This document shows positions 1-12,043 of a stretch of DNA of 64,000 nucleotides, piece by piece (positions within the stretch are counted from its first letter, which is position 1; the number at the start of each line of letters is the position of its first letter). Origin of the DNA: Eledone cirrhosa. Lineage: Eukaryota. Both the position numbers and the translations under genes were made by a program. The DNA lies in NCBI GenBank assembly GCA_964016885.1, contig OZ024741.1, positions 180,792,001-180,856,000 on the forward strand. The letters are read 5' to 3'. The notes under the pieces were generated by a model, which was not told where the DNA came from, did no database searches, and was given only the letters and a program-made list of their open reading frames with translations.

Positions 1-121
1 TTTTTGTCCTATACTCTAATGACTCTGTCAATTCATTGTGAACATATTAGATAATGTAGTCCAGGGTACACTATACCTGGATGATCATAACTCCATTCCA
101 TTTTGAAGCTTATTATTGATC

Positions 122-318
122 ATCGGTGAATTGGCAGTATCGGTAGAGGGTCGGACGCCATGCTTTGACGCATAGATATACGGCCCTTGCCATTCTGAGT
201 TCAAATTCCGCCGAGGTTAACTTTGCCTTTCATCCTTACGGGGGTCGATAAAATAAAGTACCAGTAATACACTGGAAAATTGTTGGCCTTGTGCCAAAAG
301 TAGAAACGATTATTGATC
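122..318 (+). mobile_element. tRNA-derived SINE with Meta/MESC central domain (family 1)
   Basis: A/B-box-like head (TGGCAGTATCGGTAGAG...GAGTTCAAATTCC), central GCCTTTCATCCTTACGGGGTCGATAAAATAAAGTACCAG motif, tail GGCCTTGTGCCAAAAGTAGAAAC plus ATT repeats; more than 10 copies in the window. Confidence 0.8.
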
Positions 319-638
319 ATAGAAAGCTGGCCTGGGGCTAAATAATAATAAAGACAACACCAGTGTTAATGCTTACAGCTCCCTGTTCTCCATACAGATA
401 ACTACAAGGAAATCAAAACATACATATACATGTCCCCCACTCACACACATATGCACACATACATATACACAGACACACACATACATGCACATATACTCAC
501 ACACTTATACAAACATACATGCATATACATACACACTCATACACAGACAATCATGCACACATATACTCACAAACACACATGCACCCATACATATATACAC
601 AAATACACAGACACACATACATATACACACTTGCACAC

Positions 639-677
<39 letters not shown>

Positions 678-1292
678 CAAAGCTTATCTTGGTTTCTATT
701 TATTGCTTAAAAGATTTTAGCACTTGATGACACAACCATCTGGTCCTGTTCAAATCCAATCTATATCTTGCTCCACCATCCACCATCCACCTCTGCTCAT
801 GCAATGGGCTCCCTTTCCTAACCAGGAGGAATGGAGAGACAGCTGTGTTATTATTCCCTGATCTGTTAGGTACATGAGTAACTGGGTGTTTACACAAAAG
901 TTTACTGTCTTGTTAATCTAGATTAATTAGAGATGTTTGCAGACATAATGATTGTTTAGGGATAAACAAATAGTAAAGTAAATAATATATTTATCATTAG
1001 GTTTTATATTATAATTATGCTTCTGCCTGAGGTTGGCTGGTTAGTTTGTTGGTTATTATTATCTAAACACTCAATTCTAAAGGGTTCATAATAAACAGCT
1101 TCCAGAGACTGTTATACGCACACCTATATATCGATCAGTGTAAGTAAAATCTGAACACTGCTATAAAACTCACTGACTGATTGTGTCTACTCTTTAATGC
1201 AATGTGCAGCCAATCAACTGTACACTTGTTATTTCATTGAGTGTGTGAGCTATGGCCGCTGGTCAATAAAATAAATCCAGTGACTTCCGTAA

Positions 1293-1332
<40 letters not shown>

Positions 1333-1384
1333 ATAGTATTTTTTAGAGGGCTACAGCTATGCGATTAAGGCATTAAATCTTAAA

Positions 1385-1575
1385 ATAATTGTTTGAGCAC
1401 AAGGCCAGCAATTACCCCAGTGCATTACTGGTTCTTTATTTTATCAACCCCATAAGGATGAAAGAAAGGCAAAGCTAACCTCGGCGGCATTTGAACTCAG
1501 AACTTAAAAGGCCATAACTCTATGCTGCAAAGCATGGTATCTGACACTCTACCGATACTACCAAACTACCACCCT
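1385..1575 (-). mobile_element. Meta-domain SINE (family 1)
   Basis: Reverse-complement match to 122-318; interrupts a fold-back inverted repeat. Confidence 0.75.
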
Positions 1576-1879
1576 GATAACAAAGTTGTTGGAATGTTAC
1601 CTTGGAGGCTTTTAATTAATCCTTCATATTTCAGGATAAATTCCTTCATTAAAAGAAGAGTTAAGAAAACTAACTTTTGAGGAAGGAATTTTATCCCCAA
1701 ATTTTAAAGACTATGCACCTCCAAGGTAGCATTCCAACAACTTTGTTTTACTCATTTTAATATTTATTGTCCTAATTCCATTGCTGTAGCCTTCTAGAAA
1801 ACACTATTTTCTACATTTTCCAAAATGTTTCAAGCAAACTACAACCTCCTAATATATAAATATATACAATTGTTTGACA

Positions 1880-2079
1880 AGATCCCAGACCTCATTTGCT
1901 TAACAAGTAGGGCAGAGCTCATCAAATCAAACCGAGGACACAATGTTTCCATTGGTCTTTCTAATTGCTAATACTATCTATCAGTCGCAAATCCAGGCAG
2001 ATATATATTTACATTATTTCTTCTGATGAAGGACTAGCATCTGAAACGTTACGCGTTAACCTAATATATTCATTCCATA

Positions 2080-2110
<31 letters not shown>

Positions 2111-2930
2111 ATTATCAAAGTGATGTTCAAATCATTTAATTGCTGACAATCGTTTTTTCGTTTGGAGTCATCCGAACATTATCAATGTTTGTACATATAA
2201 TTAACCTCCTATTCAACTGAACAATCATATAGATACATATGTATCGATGTTGTGAGCAACAGTTTCGTATTTACAGGGTGTAATGGATGCGACATATATT
2301 TTACGAGAATTGTACAAAATTAAAAGCACAGAGTGAAATACATGCGACAGATAATACAAGAGAATAGTCTAATAATTAAAGAGGCATTGAGAAAGAATAA
2401 GTACATTAGCAGTACATATGCAAGTGTGTAACAAGTGCACATGCGTTAGTCATATATATGAGAAGGAAATAAGCAAAGGTATTATGCATATATAGATAAA
2501 TAAATACTGTATGGCAAGCAAATGTGTTAATGTATTAACATTTATGGCGGATGTAATATGATGATAGTGTTCAAATTTGTGTGTTGAGAAAATCAGAGTT
2601 ATTGTAGTCTTTTCCATTACATATGTTAAATTATATTTTAGTTAATTTTTATATTGAATGTTTTAAGTTAGTTACAGCAATGGATTGTAAATTGGTCTTA
2701 TTGTATTCTTATTCATAGATTAGAGTTGTTCAACAGGTAGTTTACACCCTATAAATACGAAACTGTTGCTCACAACATCAATATATATGTAGCTATATAA
2801 TTGTTCAGTTGAATAGGAGGTTAATTATATGTACAAACATTGATAATGCTCCGATGATTCCAAACGAAAATTTGGAAGAAACGATTGCCAGCAATTAAAT
2901 GATTTGAACACAACTTTGATAATTGTGTTA
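1880..2930. mobile_element. Penelope-like element remnants with inverted pseudo-LTR copies
   Basis: Approx. 175-bp inverted repeat 2107-2283 vs 2741-2927, each arm carrying a hammerhead-like motif; LLNK.AELIK-like C-terminal remnant near 1897-1930; further CTGATGA..GAAAC at 2023-2047. Confidence 0.55.
2846..2895 (+). ncRNA. Type I minimal hammerhead ribozyme-like motif (variant/degenerate)
   Basis: TGCT-CCGATGA-TTCCAAA(cgaaaa)TTTGGAA-GAAAC-gatt-GCC-AGCA; the inverted sister copy (2137-2185, minus) retains GTC at the cleavage triplet. Confidence 0.55.
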
Positions 2931-3084
2931 TTTATATTCCTGCTCTGTAAAACACCTGATGTTCTTACATTGAGCTATTTCTCTTACTGATAATAAGGTA
3001 GTAAGAAATTACTGACCTTTCCTGTTTATAGTTGTTTATAGTATATACATAACTATAAATAGTATCTTTATTATTATATATATA

Positions 3085-3417
3085 TATCATCATCATCATC
3101 ATTATCATCATCACCGTTTTACATCCATTCTTCCATGCTAGCATGGGTTAGACGGGTTGTCCTGTTGTGGGCAGTGTCCGGTCTTGCTCATTTGGGAACT
3201 GATTCTGGCTTGATTTCTACAGCTGGATGCCCTTCCTAACACCAACCTCATTTACAGTGAGTGCTGGGTGCTTTTTTTTCCGTGGCGCCTAGACGTCCAC
3301 TGTACAGTGTGGGCTGGGTGCTATTTTGCCGTGGCACCTCCACAACCACTTTGCAGTGGAATGATAAAGACCCCAGTCCTACCATCTCATTTCTACAGCT
3401 GAGTAAACTGGAGCAAA
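3085..3417 (-). mobile_element. CORE-like SINE with RTE-type 3' tail (family 2), head missing
   Basis: (CAT)n tail, GGAAGGGCATCCAGCTGTAGAAA motif, CTCCAGTTTACTCAGCTGTAGAAATGAG body. Confidence 0.75.
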
Positions 3418-3559
3418 TATATATATGTACACATATATATATGTATATACATGTATATACATGTGTATATATATACATATATACATATACATATGTATAT
3501 ATATATATATATATATATGTATACATACATATATATATATATATATGTGTATTATATTT

Positions 3560-4603
3560 CTAGGGCAGGTAAAATTCCCGAGATCCATGGACAAGTTCTC
3601 TCCAGCGGTCTCTGTCCCTCATTATCGCTGCCATGTCCTGTGTCTCCAACAGAGCAGTGTCTGTCCTTAGGGCATCAATATACGTTAACCTTGGTCTTCC
3701 TCTTCCAGTGTGTCCATGTAGGGGCTCCCACAGGAGCACTGAGTGCAATGTCAACTCTGGATGTCGGTGAGCATGTCCAGCTAACCTCAGTCTCCTCTGT
3801 GTCACTTTTGAGCTGACTTTTGGGAGGCTCCCATACAGCTCTGAGTTTTTCATCCTCAGTGTATACTGATTAATGTTCAGAGCCATCCTCAGCATTCTCG
3901 TGTAGCAACCATCCACCATCTGAGTGAGTTTCTTGGTCAGTGTCTAAGTCTCAGACCCGTACAGCAGCACAGATTCCACTACAGCAATGAAGAGGCAGAT
4001 TTTCAGGTCTTTATGAAGGTCCGACTTCCACACCGATCTCAAGCTGTGGCACACCGCCCAGGCCTTGCTCTTCTTCTCAACCACATCATCTTCCGTATTC
4101 CCAATCTTTGCTCCCAAATACAGGAAGTCTTCAACCAATTCTAGTGGCTTTCCGCCAACATTAGTGATCCCCTCTGGCTTCTCAACATTCTCTACCAGAT
4201 ATTTTGTTTTAGTCTCATTCATTCTCAGCCCCACACTCATCGATACAGTCTCAACCTCCTGCATCAAATCCTCTGCCTCCTTCACTCTATTTGTCACCAA
4301 AACTATGTCGTCGACAAATTCAGCATCCGATATCTTTTTCGCCTTAACTCTCTTGCTCTGAGCCGGTGCTACAGTAAAGCCAGAGTCCTGGTGTTTCTCC
4401 AGTGCAAGGCGCATACAATAGTCCACTACGATGATAAAAAGGTAGGGAGCCAATGTATCTCCCTGGAGCACTCCAGCCAGGATCTCAAAGAACTCTGTCA
4501 TCCCATCAGGTGTAATGACTTGGGCTTTGGTGTTGGTGTAGAGCAGTGATATCAGGTCCACTATCTTCTTGGGGATTCCATAAGTCTGTAAGATCTTCAT
4601 CAG
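3560..4603 (-). mobile_element. RTE-clade LINE, 3' part of RT (second RTE lineage), pseudogenised
   Basis: GVLQGDTLAPYLF, EFVDD, DFLYLGA, LLYGSET*, RRLRLAGH, GRGRPRLTY, DRDRWR motifs; in-frame stop at 3944. Confidence 0.9.
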
Positions 4604-5296
4604 ATGGAGACTGTCGAGGTGATGAGGGAAGAACTCTGTACCGCTTACACTGAGGCCAGAGAGGAGGCACTGATAGAGAAAATCAGAAGTGTGGAGAGAG
4701 CTGTTGACAGGTCTGGATGTAAGGAGAGCTGGATGATCATCAATGAGATCACAGGGAGGAAGAGAAGGTGTTCGAGTCAGATCCAGGGAACAGGGCCCGA
4801 GGATAGGAAGAGGAAATGGCTAGACCATTTTAGGAGCCTACTAGGAGAGCCGCCCTCCACAGCCCAGAGCACTGGGGAGATCAGGCGGCTGTTTGAAGAA
4901 CTGGATATTGAGACAGAGCCCTTCACCAGAGAGGAGCTTCAGAGAGCCAAGAAGAAGATCAAGGAGGGCAAGGCTCATGGAGAAGATGGAGTGGCATCAG
5001 AGGTGATGAAGAGGTGTGATTTTGATATCATCCTGGGGTTCTGTAACCAGGCACTGGAGAAAGGAGTTGCCCCAAATCAGTGGAAGATCAGTAACATCGT
5101 CCCAGTGCCAAAGAAGGGAGATCTCTCTAACACCAACAACTACAGGGGTTATCACTGACGTCACTTGTGGCAAAGACACTCAACAGGATGATTCTTAACA
5201 GGATCCAGCCTGAGATGGAGAAGAAGCTCAGGGACAACCAGAACAGCTTCAGAGAGGGAAGTTCAACCACCAGTCACATCCTGATGCTGAGGAGGT
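4604..5296 (+). mobile_element. Inverted 5' segment of the same RTE LINE
   Basis: EPFTREEL..KIKEGKAHGEDG..IVPVPKKGDLSNTNNYRG, then (frameshift) LRDNQNSFREGSSTTSHILMLRR; immediately N-terminal to the minus-strand part. Confidence 0.85.
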
Positions 5297-5309
5297 GTAT
5301 ATATATATA

Positions 5310-7140
5310 ACCATGATATTGTTGGTGAGAAGTGTGTCCGTAATGATAATGGTGTACTTGCCCTCACTGATACTGATAAGAAGATAACCCTGGAAGTGTC
5401 ACTACGAGAGACTATTAAATGAGGAGAATAAATGGTAAAAAGATAGTCTGCCCCAAATCGATCCAATAGAAGGACCAGCAGTGTAAGTTAAAGGTAGTAT
5501 AATAAGTAAGGCAATCAAAGATATGAAGACAGGCAAGGCAGCTGGACCTTCGGAGATAGTTGCTGAGATGTTGAAGGCATCTGGTATGGTGGGACACACT
5601 ATGGTCACCCATATAGTTAACCAAGTAATACAGAATGGGGTCATACCGAAAGACTGGCATAGCAGCATCATCATTAACTGCTACAAGGGTAAAGGGGATG
5701 CTCTAGATAGGGGAAACTTTAGAGGCATTAAGTTAGTTGACCAGGTCATGAGGGTGACAGAAAGAGTTATAGCAAACTAATCAGAGCGAATTGATCTAGA
5801 TGAAATGCAGTTTGAGTTTGTGTTAGGTAAAAGTACCACAGACGCTCTTTTCCTTGTACGACAAATACAAGTACCTAGCTAAAAGTAAACCCCTCTACTT
5901 AGCTTTTGTAGACCTGAAGAAAGCCTTTGACAGAGTCCCTCGCTCCATTATCTGGTGGGCTCTTAGAAAACTAGGTGTAGATGAATGGCTTGTGAGAGCT
6001 ATACAAGCTATGTATAATGAAACAGTCAGTAAGGTTAGAATTAACAATGAATATTGTGAAGAATTTAGTGTAAAAGTTGGCGTTCATCAAAGCTCAGTCC
6101 TTAGCCCCCTCCTATTTATTATTGCCCTTCAGGCTATAACAGAGGAGTTCAAGACCGGCTGCCCATGGGAACTCCTATACGCAGATGATCTAATGCTCAT
6201 AGCTGAATCAATGGCTGAACTAGAGAAGAAATTCCAAACATGGAAACATGGCCTAGAATCAAAAGGCCTTAAAGTTAACTTGTCTAAGACTAAAGTTCTA
6301 GTTTGTAGAAAGGAAAATAGGGCACAGGTGCCCTCAGGGAAATGGCCATGGTCAGTGTGTAGCAAAGGAGTAGGCAGAAATTCCATTTTATGTCCCAAAT
6401 GAAAAGTATGAGTACATAAAAGATGTAGTGGGATCATAGGTAAACTATCTAAGAACGTAGACTTTATATGTGGCCAATGCTCAGGTGCAATAAGTAGCAG
6501 GTGTCCACAGGATACTAGCTCCTTCTATTGCCCAGATGGTTCTATAGAAATAGTAGACACTTTCCGTTACCTGGGTGACGAAATCAGCAGTGGTGGAGGG
6601 TGTTCTGAAAGTACGGTAACTAGAGTCAAAACGCGATGGAAAAAGTTCAGAGAGCTTATACCGCTGTTGGCCAGAAAAGGTTTCTCTCTAAAAATGAAAT
6701 GCAGATTGTATGATGCCTGTATACGAACAGCAATGCTACATGGCAGTGAGACATGGGTATTGCGTGCAGAGGACCTGCGCAGACTGGAAAGGAACGAAGC
6801 ATGCATGCTCCATTGGATGTGTAATAGTAATATACGTGAACGGCAGAGCATAAATGAACTAAGTGAGAAATTAGGAATAAGAGGGATCAGATGTTGTTTA
6901 CTTGAGAGAAGACTACGTTGGTATGGTCACGTGATGCGCATGTGAAAGACGACAGCTGTATAAAAAAGTGCAGGGCGATCAAAATTGATGGAAGTTACGT
7001 AGTAGCTAGACCCAGAGAAATGTGGGCATGTAAGTAACATGGTAAAATGTTCCCAGTCCACACTGTAAATGGGGTTAGTGTTAGGAAGGGCATCCAGCCG
7101 TAGAAAACCTGCCAGATAGCCCTATATGAGCGAAACACGG
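5310..7140 (+). mobile_element. RTE LINE subfamily A, 5'-truncated decayed copy
   Basis: Fragmented ORFs 5523-5780, 5854-6402 (LLYADD), 6667-6945 highly similar to the 7625-10795 protein; multiple stops and frameshifts. Confidence 0.92.
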
Positions 7141-7226
7141 TCACCCGAACAACCTAAAACAAAATAACAAAAAAAAAAATGGAAGCGAAAGAGGCAGTAA
7201 AAATGTTATTATTAGTTTCACGCTTA

Positions 7227-10200
7227 TCATCATCATCATCATCATCAACGTTTAACGTCCGTGTTCCACGCTTGCATGGGTTTGGACGGGGGTAGTCCCA
7301 CTTGAGGCAAGAGTGATTGTCTTGCTCGCATAGGACTGTCTGGCAGGTTTTCTACAGTTGGATGCCCTTCCTAACACCAACCACATTTACAGTGTGGGTC
7401 TGGGAGGTTTTTACCGTGTTGCCTACACGGCCACATTACAGCGTGGACTGTGTGTTTTTTTGTCGTGACACCTACACGATCTCATTTGTTTCGGCCTCGA
7501 TGGCGCGGCACCAACATAACTTTACATAGAACGGGGTGATGTGGATGGGGTGGGGGTGGGGGTGGTGGGACGGGGTGTATTTTGTTAGAGATGCCTACTG
7601 GCTGGAGTAGGTTTTATTATATATTTAGGTAAGGCGGGTCTTCTCTGTTACTGAGTACCGCCAAAGGTCTCGGTCCAGTGACATTGTCTTGGAGAGGTGT
7701 AAGTGTGTGATGTCGGAGTTTATCAGCTCGTCCCAGGTTTTTCTAGGTCTGCCTATTCCGTGACTACCGTCTATCTTTATTGCCCTGCACTTTGTTATAC
7801 AGCTATCGACTTTCATGCGCATCACGTGTCCATACCAACGCAGCCTTCTCTCGAGTAAACAACATCTGATCCCTCTTATCTCTAATTTTTTCCTTAGTTC
7901 GTTTATGCTTTGCCGTTCACGTATATTACTGTTACACATCCAGCGGAGCATGCAAGCTTCGTTCCTCTCTAGTCTGCGTATATCCTCTGCACACAATGCC
8001 CAGGTCTCACTGCCATGCAGCATTGCTGTTCGTATGCAGGCATCGTACAACCTGCCTTTCATTTTTAGTGAGAACCCTTTAGCAGCTAATAGTGGTATAA
8101 GCTCTCTGAACTTTTTCCAACCAGTTCTGACTCTAGCTACAGTACTTTCAGAGCACCCTCCCCCACTGCTGATTTTATCGCCCAGGTAACGGAAGCTGTC
8201 CACTATTTCTATAGAACCCTCTGCGCAATTGAAAGAGCTAGTATTGTGTGGGCACTTGCTGCTACTTATTGCACCAGAGCACCGGCCACATGTAAAATCT
8301 ATGTTCTTAGTTAGCTTACCTGTGATCCCACTACATCTTTTATGCACCCATACTTTGCATTTAGGACATAAAATGGAGTTTCTACCTACGCCTTTCCTAC
8401 ACACCGAGCACGACCATTTCCCAGAAGGGACCGCCGCCTTGTTTTCTTTCCTACAAACTAGTACTTTGGTCTTAGCCAGGTTAATTTTAAGTCCTTTTGA
8501 CTCTAGGCCGTGCTTCCATGTTTGGAATTTCTTCTCTAGCTCGGCCATTGATTCCGCTATGAGTGTCAGGTCGTCTGCGTATAGGAGTTCCCATGGGCAG
8601 CCTGTCTTGAACTCCTCTGTTATAGCCTGAAGGGCAATAATAAATAGTAGGGGGCTGAGAACAGAGCCCTGATGGACGCCAACTTTTACGCTAAACTCTT
8701 CACTATATTCGTTGTTAATTCTAACCTTGCTGACTGTTTCTTTATACATGGCTTGTATAGCCCTCACAAGCCATTCGTCAACGCCTAGTTTTCTAAGAGC
8801 CCACCAGATAATGGAGCGGGGGACTCTGTCGAAGGCTTTCTCCAAGTCGACAAAAGCTAAGTAGAGGGGTTTACCTTTAGCTAGGTACTTCTCCTGTAGT
8901 TGTCGTACTATGAAAAGAGCGTCTGTGGTACTTTTGCCTGACACAAACCCGAACTGCATTTCATCTAGGTCAATTCTCTCTCTGATTAGTTGCGCTATTA
9001 CTTTTTCCGTGACCTTCATGACCTGGTCGATTAATTTAATGCCTCTATAGTTACTCCTATCTAGGGCGTCTCCTTTACCCTTATAACAGTTAACGATGAT
9101 GCTGCTATGCCAGTCCTTCGGAACAACCCCATTCTGTACGACTTGGTTAACTATGCGGGTGACCATGGTGTGTCCCACCGTGCCAGATGCCTTCAGCATC
9201 TCAGCAACTATTTCCGAAGGCCCAGCTGCCTTACCCGTCTTCATATCCTTGATTGCCTTACTTATTATACTCCCCTCGACTAACACTGCTGGTCCCTCTA
9301 TTGGGTCGATATGGGGGAGACTGCCTTTCTCCCAATTATTCTCCTCATTTAGTAGCCTTTCATAGTGACACTTCCAAGCTACCTTCTTATCAGCGTCGGT
9401 GATGGCAAGTGTGCCATCGTCGTTTAGTACACACTTCTCCCCGACAATATCACGGTTTTCCTTGACGCATTGCCTAGCAATCCTGAACACCTCACGTTTT
9501 TGGTCATCGCGTTGTAGAACATGCTTGAACTTTCTTTCCTCAGCTTCCCTTCTTGCTAAGTACACTTGTCTCCTAGCTTCCCTCCTGGCCACTTGATAGT
9601 CCTCTCTACTTCCCCCATCCCGCCATACTTTCCAAGCCTGCTTTTTGGCCTTAATTGACCCCTCCACCTTACTGTTCCACCACCATGTTACTCTCCTCCT
9701 GCCTACAGGCCTGCTCCAGCCACAGACTTCGTCTGTCGCCAACAGCAGGTTTGCTTTCAGAAATTCCCACTCTCCCTCTATATTGTCCGACTCTAAATGT
9801 TCTTCCTTACTGTCGAAAGCATCAAGTAATATGCTTTGAAATTTATTCCTGGCTGTGGGGTCCTTTAGCTTCCATATTTTCCTCCTGAGGATAGTCCTCT
9901 TCTGTTGTCGAGTACGTCTCGTCCTGACTATGAGGTCGCTAATTATCAGTCTATGTTGGGAGGTGCATTCTTCATGGGGGAGGGATTTAGTGTTTACAAC
10001 AGACACTCTGTCACGTCTTCTGGTAAGGATATAATCTACCTGGCTTGTGTGTTCCCCGGATCTATAGGTGATCAGGTGATTGTCACGTTTTTTGAAGTTA
10101 GTGTTACAGATAGTTAGGTTATTTGCATCACAGAATTCCAGGATTCTGGAGCCTTCCTCATTTCTAGTACCAAACCCATAGCCTCCATGGATTTCGTCGT

Positions 10201-11220
10201 AGCCGTCACAATGTTGTCCAACGTGACCATTTAGGTCGCCTGCGATAATTATATAGTCACTGTCGGATATTTGGGAGGTAGTTAGCATCAGTGTCTCATA
10301 GAATCTGTCTTTTATAGTGCCGGGCAGTCCGGATTGGGGTGCGTACGCAGATATTACTGTCACCGTAGTTCTATTGAGGACAAGTCGTATTTTAATTATT
10401 CTGTCGTTCACTCTATTTACGTCTATTATCTTATCTGCCCACTTTTCTGCTACCATGATTCCTACTCCACCCAGCCCATCGTCGTTTCCCACCCAGAAAA
10501 GCTTATAACATCGTTTTTTACCCTTAATGAACCTAGCAGACCCACCCCTCCACCTGGTCTCTTGAATACAACAAACATCGACCTCCTTACGTTCAAGCAT
10601 TTCTACAACCTCGTTAGCGCGACCCTTTAGGGTGCCTACATTTATGGTACCAACTCTGAAGTTTTGGATTGCGTTTGGGGGTTGGGGGCGGTGGGGGGCG
10701 GGGGGCGATGGGGTTATGTTAGCCGTCCGCGGTCGAAACAATGAGGAGTGCTCGCATTCTCGTCCAAGAGGTGAATTTGTCTTTATCTTTGGCATTGTCG
10801 CTGAGCGTCCAGATTTTTCTCTCTCTCACCTCCACTCTCCAGGATTCCGCAGTCCATCCATCCATCATATATCGAAAGGCAACCAGGCAAGCGATAGTAT
10901 AGGCCTCTGGTTTCTGATTGGTCCGCGTAATAATACTGGTGATGCGTGGGGGCTCTGTTTTATGATTGGTCCACGTAATAGCAATGGTGGTGCGTGGGGG
11001 TGGGAGGGAGGGGTGTTGGGTAGCTAGCAAGAAGGTAATGATTGAATGGGGTCCTTGTATTTAACAAGCGATTAACAAAAATACAAAATTTGTTCTGTTA
11101 AATACGCCCAAAAACTTTCGTATTTAACAATTAATAGAAACAGAAAATGTAGTTTGTTTTAGCGATAGATTGGCTATTTGGACTTGATACGAAATATGGA
11201 TTGTTTTGAAAATACGCTAG
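7227..11220 (-). mobile_element. Probably full-length RTE-clade LINE (subfamily A)
   Basis: 5' leader ~10796-11220, single intact ORF, ~400-nt 3' UTR ending in (ATG)n tail; 5' boundary approximate and no TSD identified. Confidence 0.9.
7625..10795 (-). CDS. RTE LINE ORF: AP endonuclease + reverse transcriptase with inserted PHD finger (1056 aa)
   Basis: APE motifs GTINV, DVCCIQETRW, SAYAP, GDLNGH, VDYIL, SQH; RT motifs FVDLEKAFD, GVHQGSVLSP, LLYADD, FRYLG; C4HC3 finger; RTE C-terminal RLRWYGHV/GRPRKTW. Confidence 0.96.
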   Translation of the reverse strand: MPKIKTNSPLGRECEHSSLFRPRTANITPSPPAPHRPQPPNAIQNFRVGTINVGTLKGRANEVVEMLERKEVDVCCIQETRWRGGSARFIKGKKRCYKLFWVGNDDGLGGVGIMVAEKWADKIIDVNRVNDRIIKIRLVLNRTTVTVISAYAPQSGLPGTIKDRFYETLMLTTSQISDSDYIIIAGDLNGHVGQHCDGYDEIHGGYGFGTRNEEGSRILEFCDANNLTICNTNFKKRDNHLITYRSGEHTSQVDYILTRRRDRVSVVNTKSLPHEECTSQHRLIISDLIVRTRRTRQQKRTILRRKIWKLKDPTARNKFQSILLDAFDSKEEHLESDNIEGEWEFLKANLLLATDEVCGWSRPVGRRRVTWWWNSKVEGSIKAKKQAWKVWRDGGSREDYQVARREARRQVYLARREAEERKFKHVLQRDDQKREVFRIARQCVKENRDIVGEKCVLNDDGTLAITDADKKVAWKCHYERLLNEENNWEKGSLPHIDPIEGPAVLVEGSIISKAIKDMKTGKAAGPSEIVAEMLKASGTVGHTMVTRIVNQVVQNGVVPKDWHSSIIVNCYKGKGDALDRSNYRGIKLIDQVMKVTEKVIAQLIRERIDLDEMQFGFVSGKSTTDALFIVRQLQEKYLAKGKPLYLAFVDLEKAFDRVPRSIIWWALRKLGVDEWLVRAIQAMYKETVSKVRINNEYSEEFSVKVGVHQGSVLSPLLFIIALQAITEEFKTGCPWELLYADDLTLIAESMAELEKKFQTWKHGLESKGLKINLAKTKVLVCRKENKAAVPSGKWSCSVCRKGVGRNSILCPKCKVWVHKRCSGITGKLTKNIDFTCGRCSGAISSSKCPHNTSSFNCAEGSIEIVDSFRYLGDKISSGGGCSESTVARVRTGWKKFRELIPLLAAKGFSLKMKGRLYDACIRTAMLHGSETWALCAEDIRRLERNEACMLRWMCNSNIRERQSINELRKKLEIRGIRCCLLERRLRWYGHVMRMKVDSCITKCRAIKIDGSHGIGRPRKTWDELINSDITHLHLSKTMSLDRDLWRYSVTEKTRLT

Positions 11221-11267
11221 AATTAATTATATATATATGTGTGTGTGTATATATATATATATATATG

Positions 11268-11833
11268 TACAACCTGTCTCATGGTCGGGTCGTTGGCGAC
11301 TAAACTGGCAACCCCACCAAGGTTTCTTGGTGAGGAGGGTGACTTTGGACATCCTGCAGGACTAAAAACAAAACCTGTCAAAGGGCAAGGGAGCTCTTAA
11401 GAGTCAATAGCCATCCAAAATCACCGGGAGAGATGACCCCTTAGCCTTTGTCAAGGCAGAATTCTAGGAGAAGGAAAACTCTGATATAACACCTGCAATC
11501 CTGATGGTATCCAATGATGTTGACCTGTTCTTCTTTTTGGTAAATATCATCTTGGTTAAGAGAGTGGGACTGGCTTTGTGCAGTGCCTTTGCTCACTATA
11601 AAAGCTTCACAGCACAGGCATTGCTTTATATCTGGAGATCTCTCTGCACTTGTCATCACATGGTACCATGGGCCCTGCACTATGTGTCAATAATGGTCAC
11701 AAGTGTAGTCTTTGTGCCAGAGTTTTCAAGTCGCTGGCTGGACTAAAGTCACATTCGTTCAGCGCATCGGTAGGGGTTCTCCTACATGGATATAAAGTAG
11801 TGGCCGTACTCGAAAACGAGTTGGCAGCCACCA
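11268..11833 (+). mobile_element. Bipartite non-autonomous RTE derivative (RTE 5' UTR joined to RTE 3' end)
   Basis: Structured leader with CTAGGAGAAGGAAAACTCTGA; 3' end encodes HKCSLCARVFKSLAGLKSH (C2H2-like C-terminus of BovB-type RTE) then short 3' UTR; second near-identical copy at 36688-37144. Confidence 0.7.
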
Positions 11834-11979
11834 TATATGTATATATATATGTGTGTGTGTATATATATATATACATATGTATATATGTGTGTGTATATAT
11901 ATATATATATATGCATATATATGTGTGTGTGTGTATATATATATATGTATATATATATGTGTGTGTGTGTGTATATATA

Positions 11980-12042
<63 letters not shown>

Positions 12043-12043
<1 letters not shown>

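Noticed and set aside
430-727. ORFs rich in YI/HT/VC/SL/RE dipeptides here and throughout (e.g. 48820-49926, 41815-42222, 30645-30957)
   Set aside because: Translations of (TA)n, (CA)n and (CT)n microsatellites; no coding evidence
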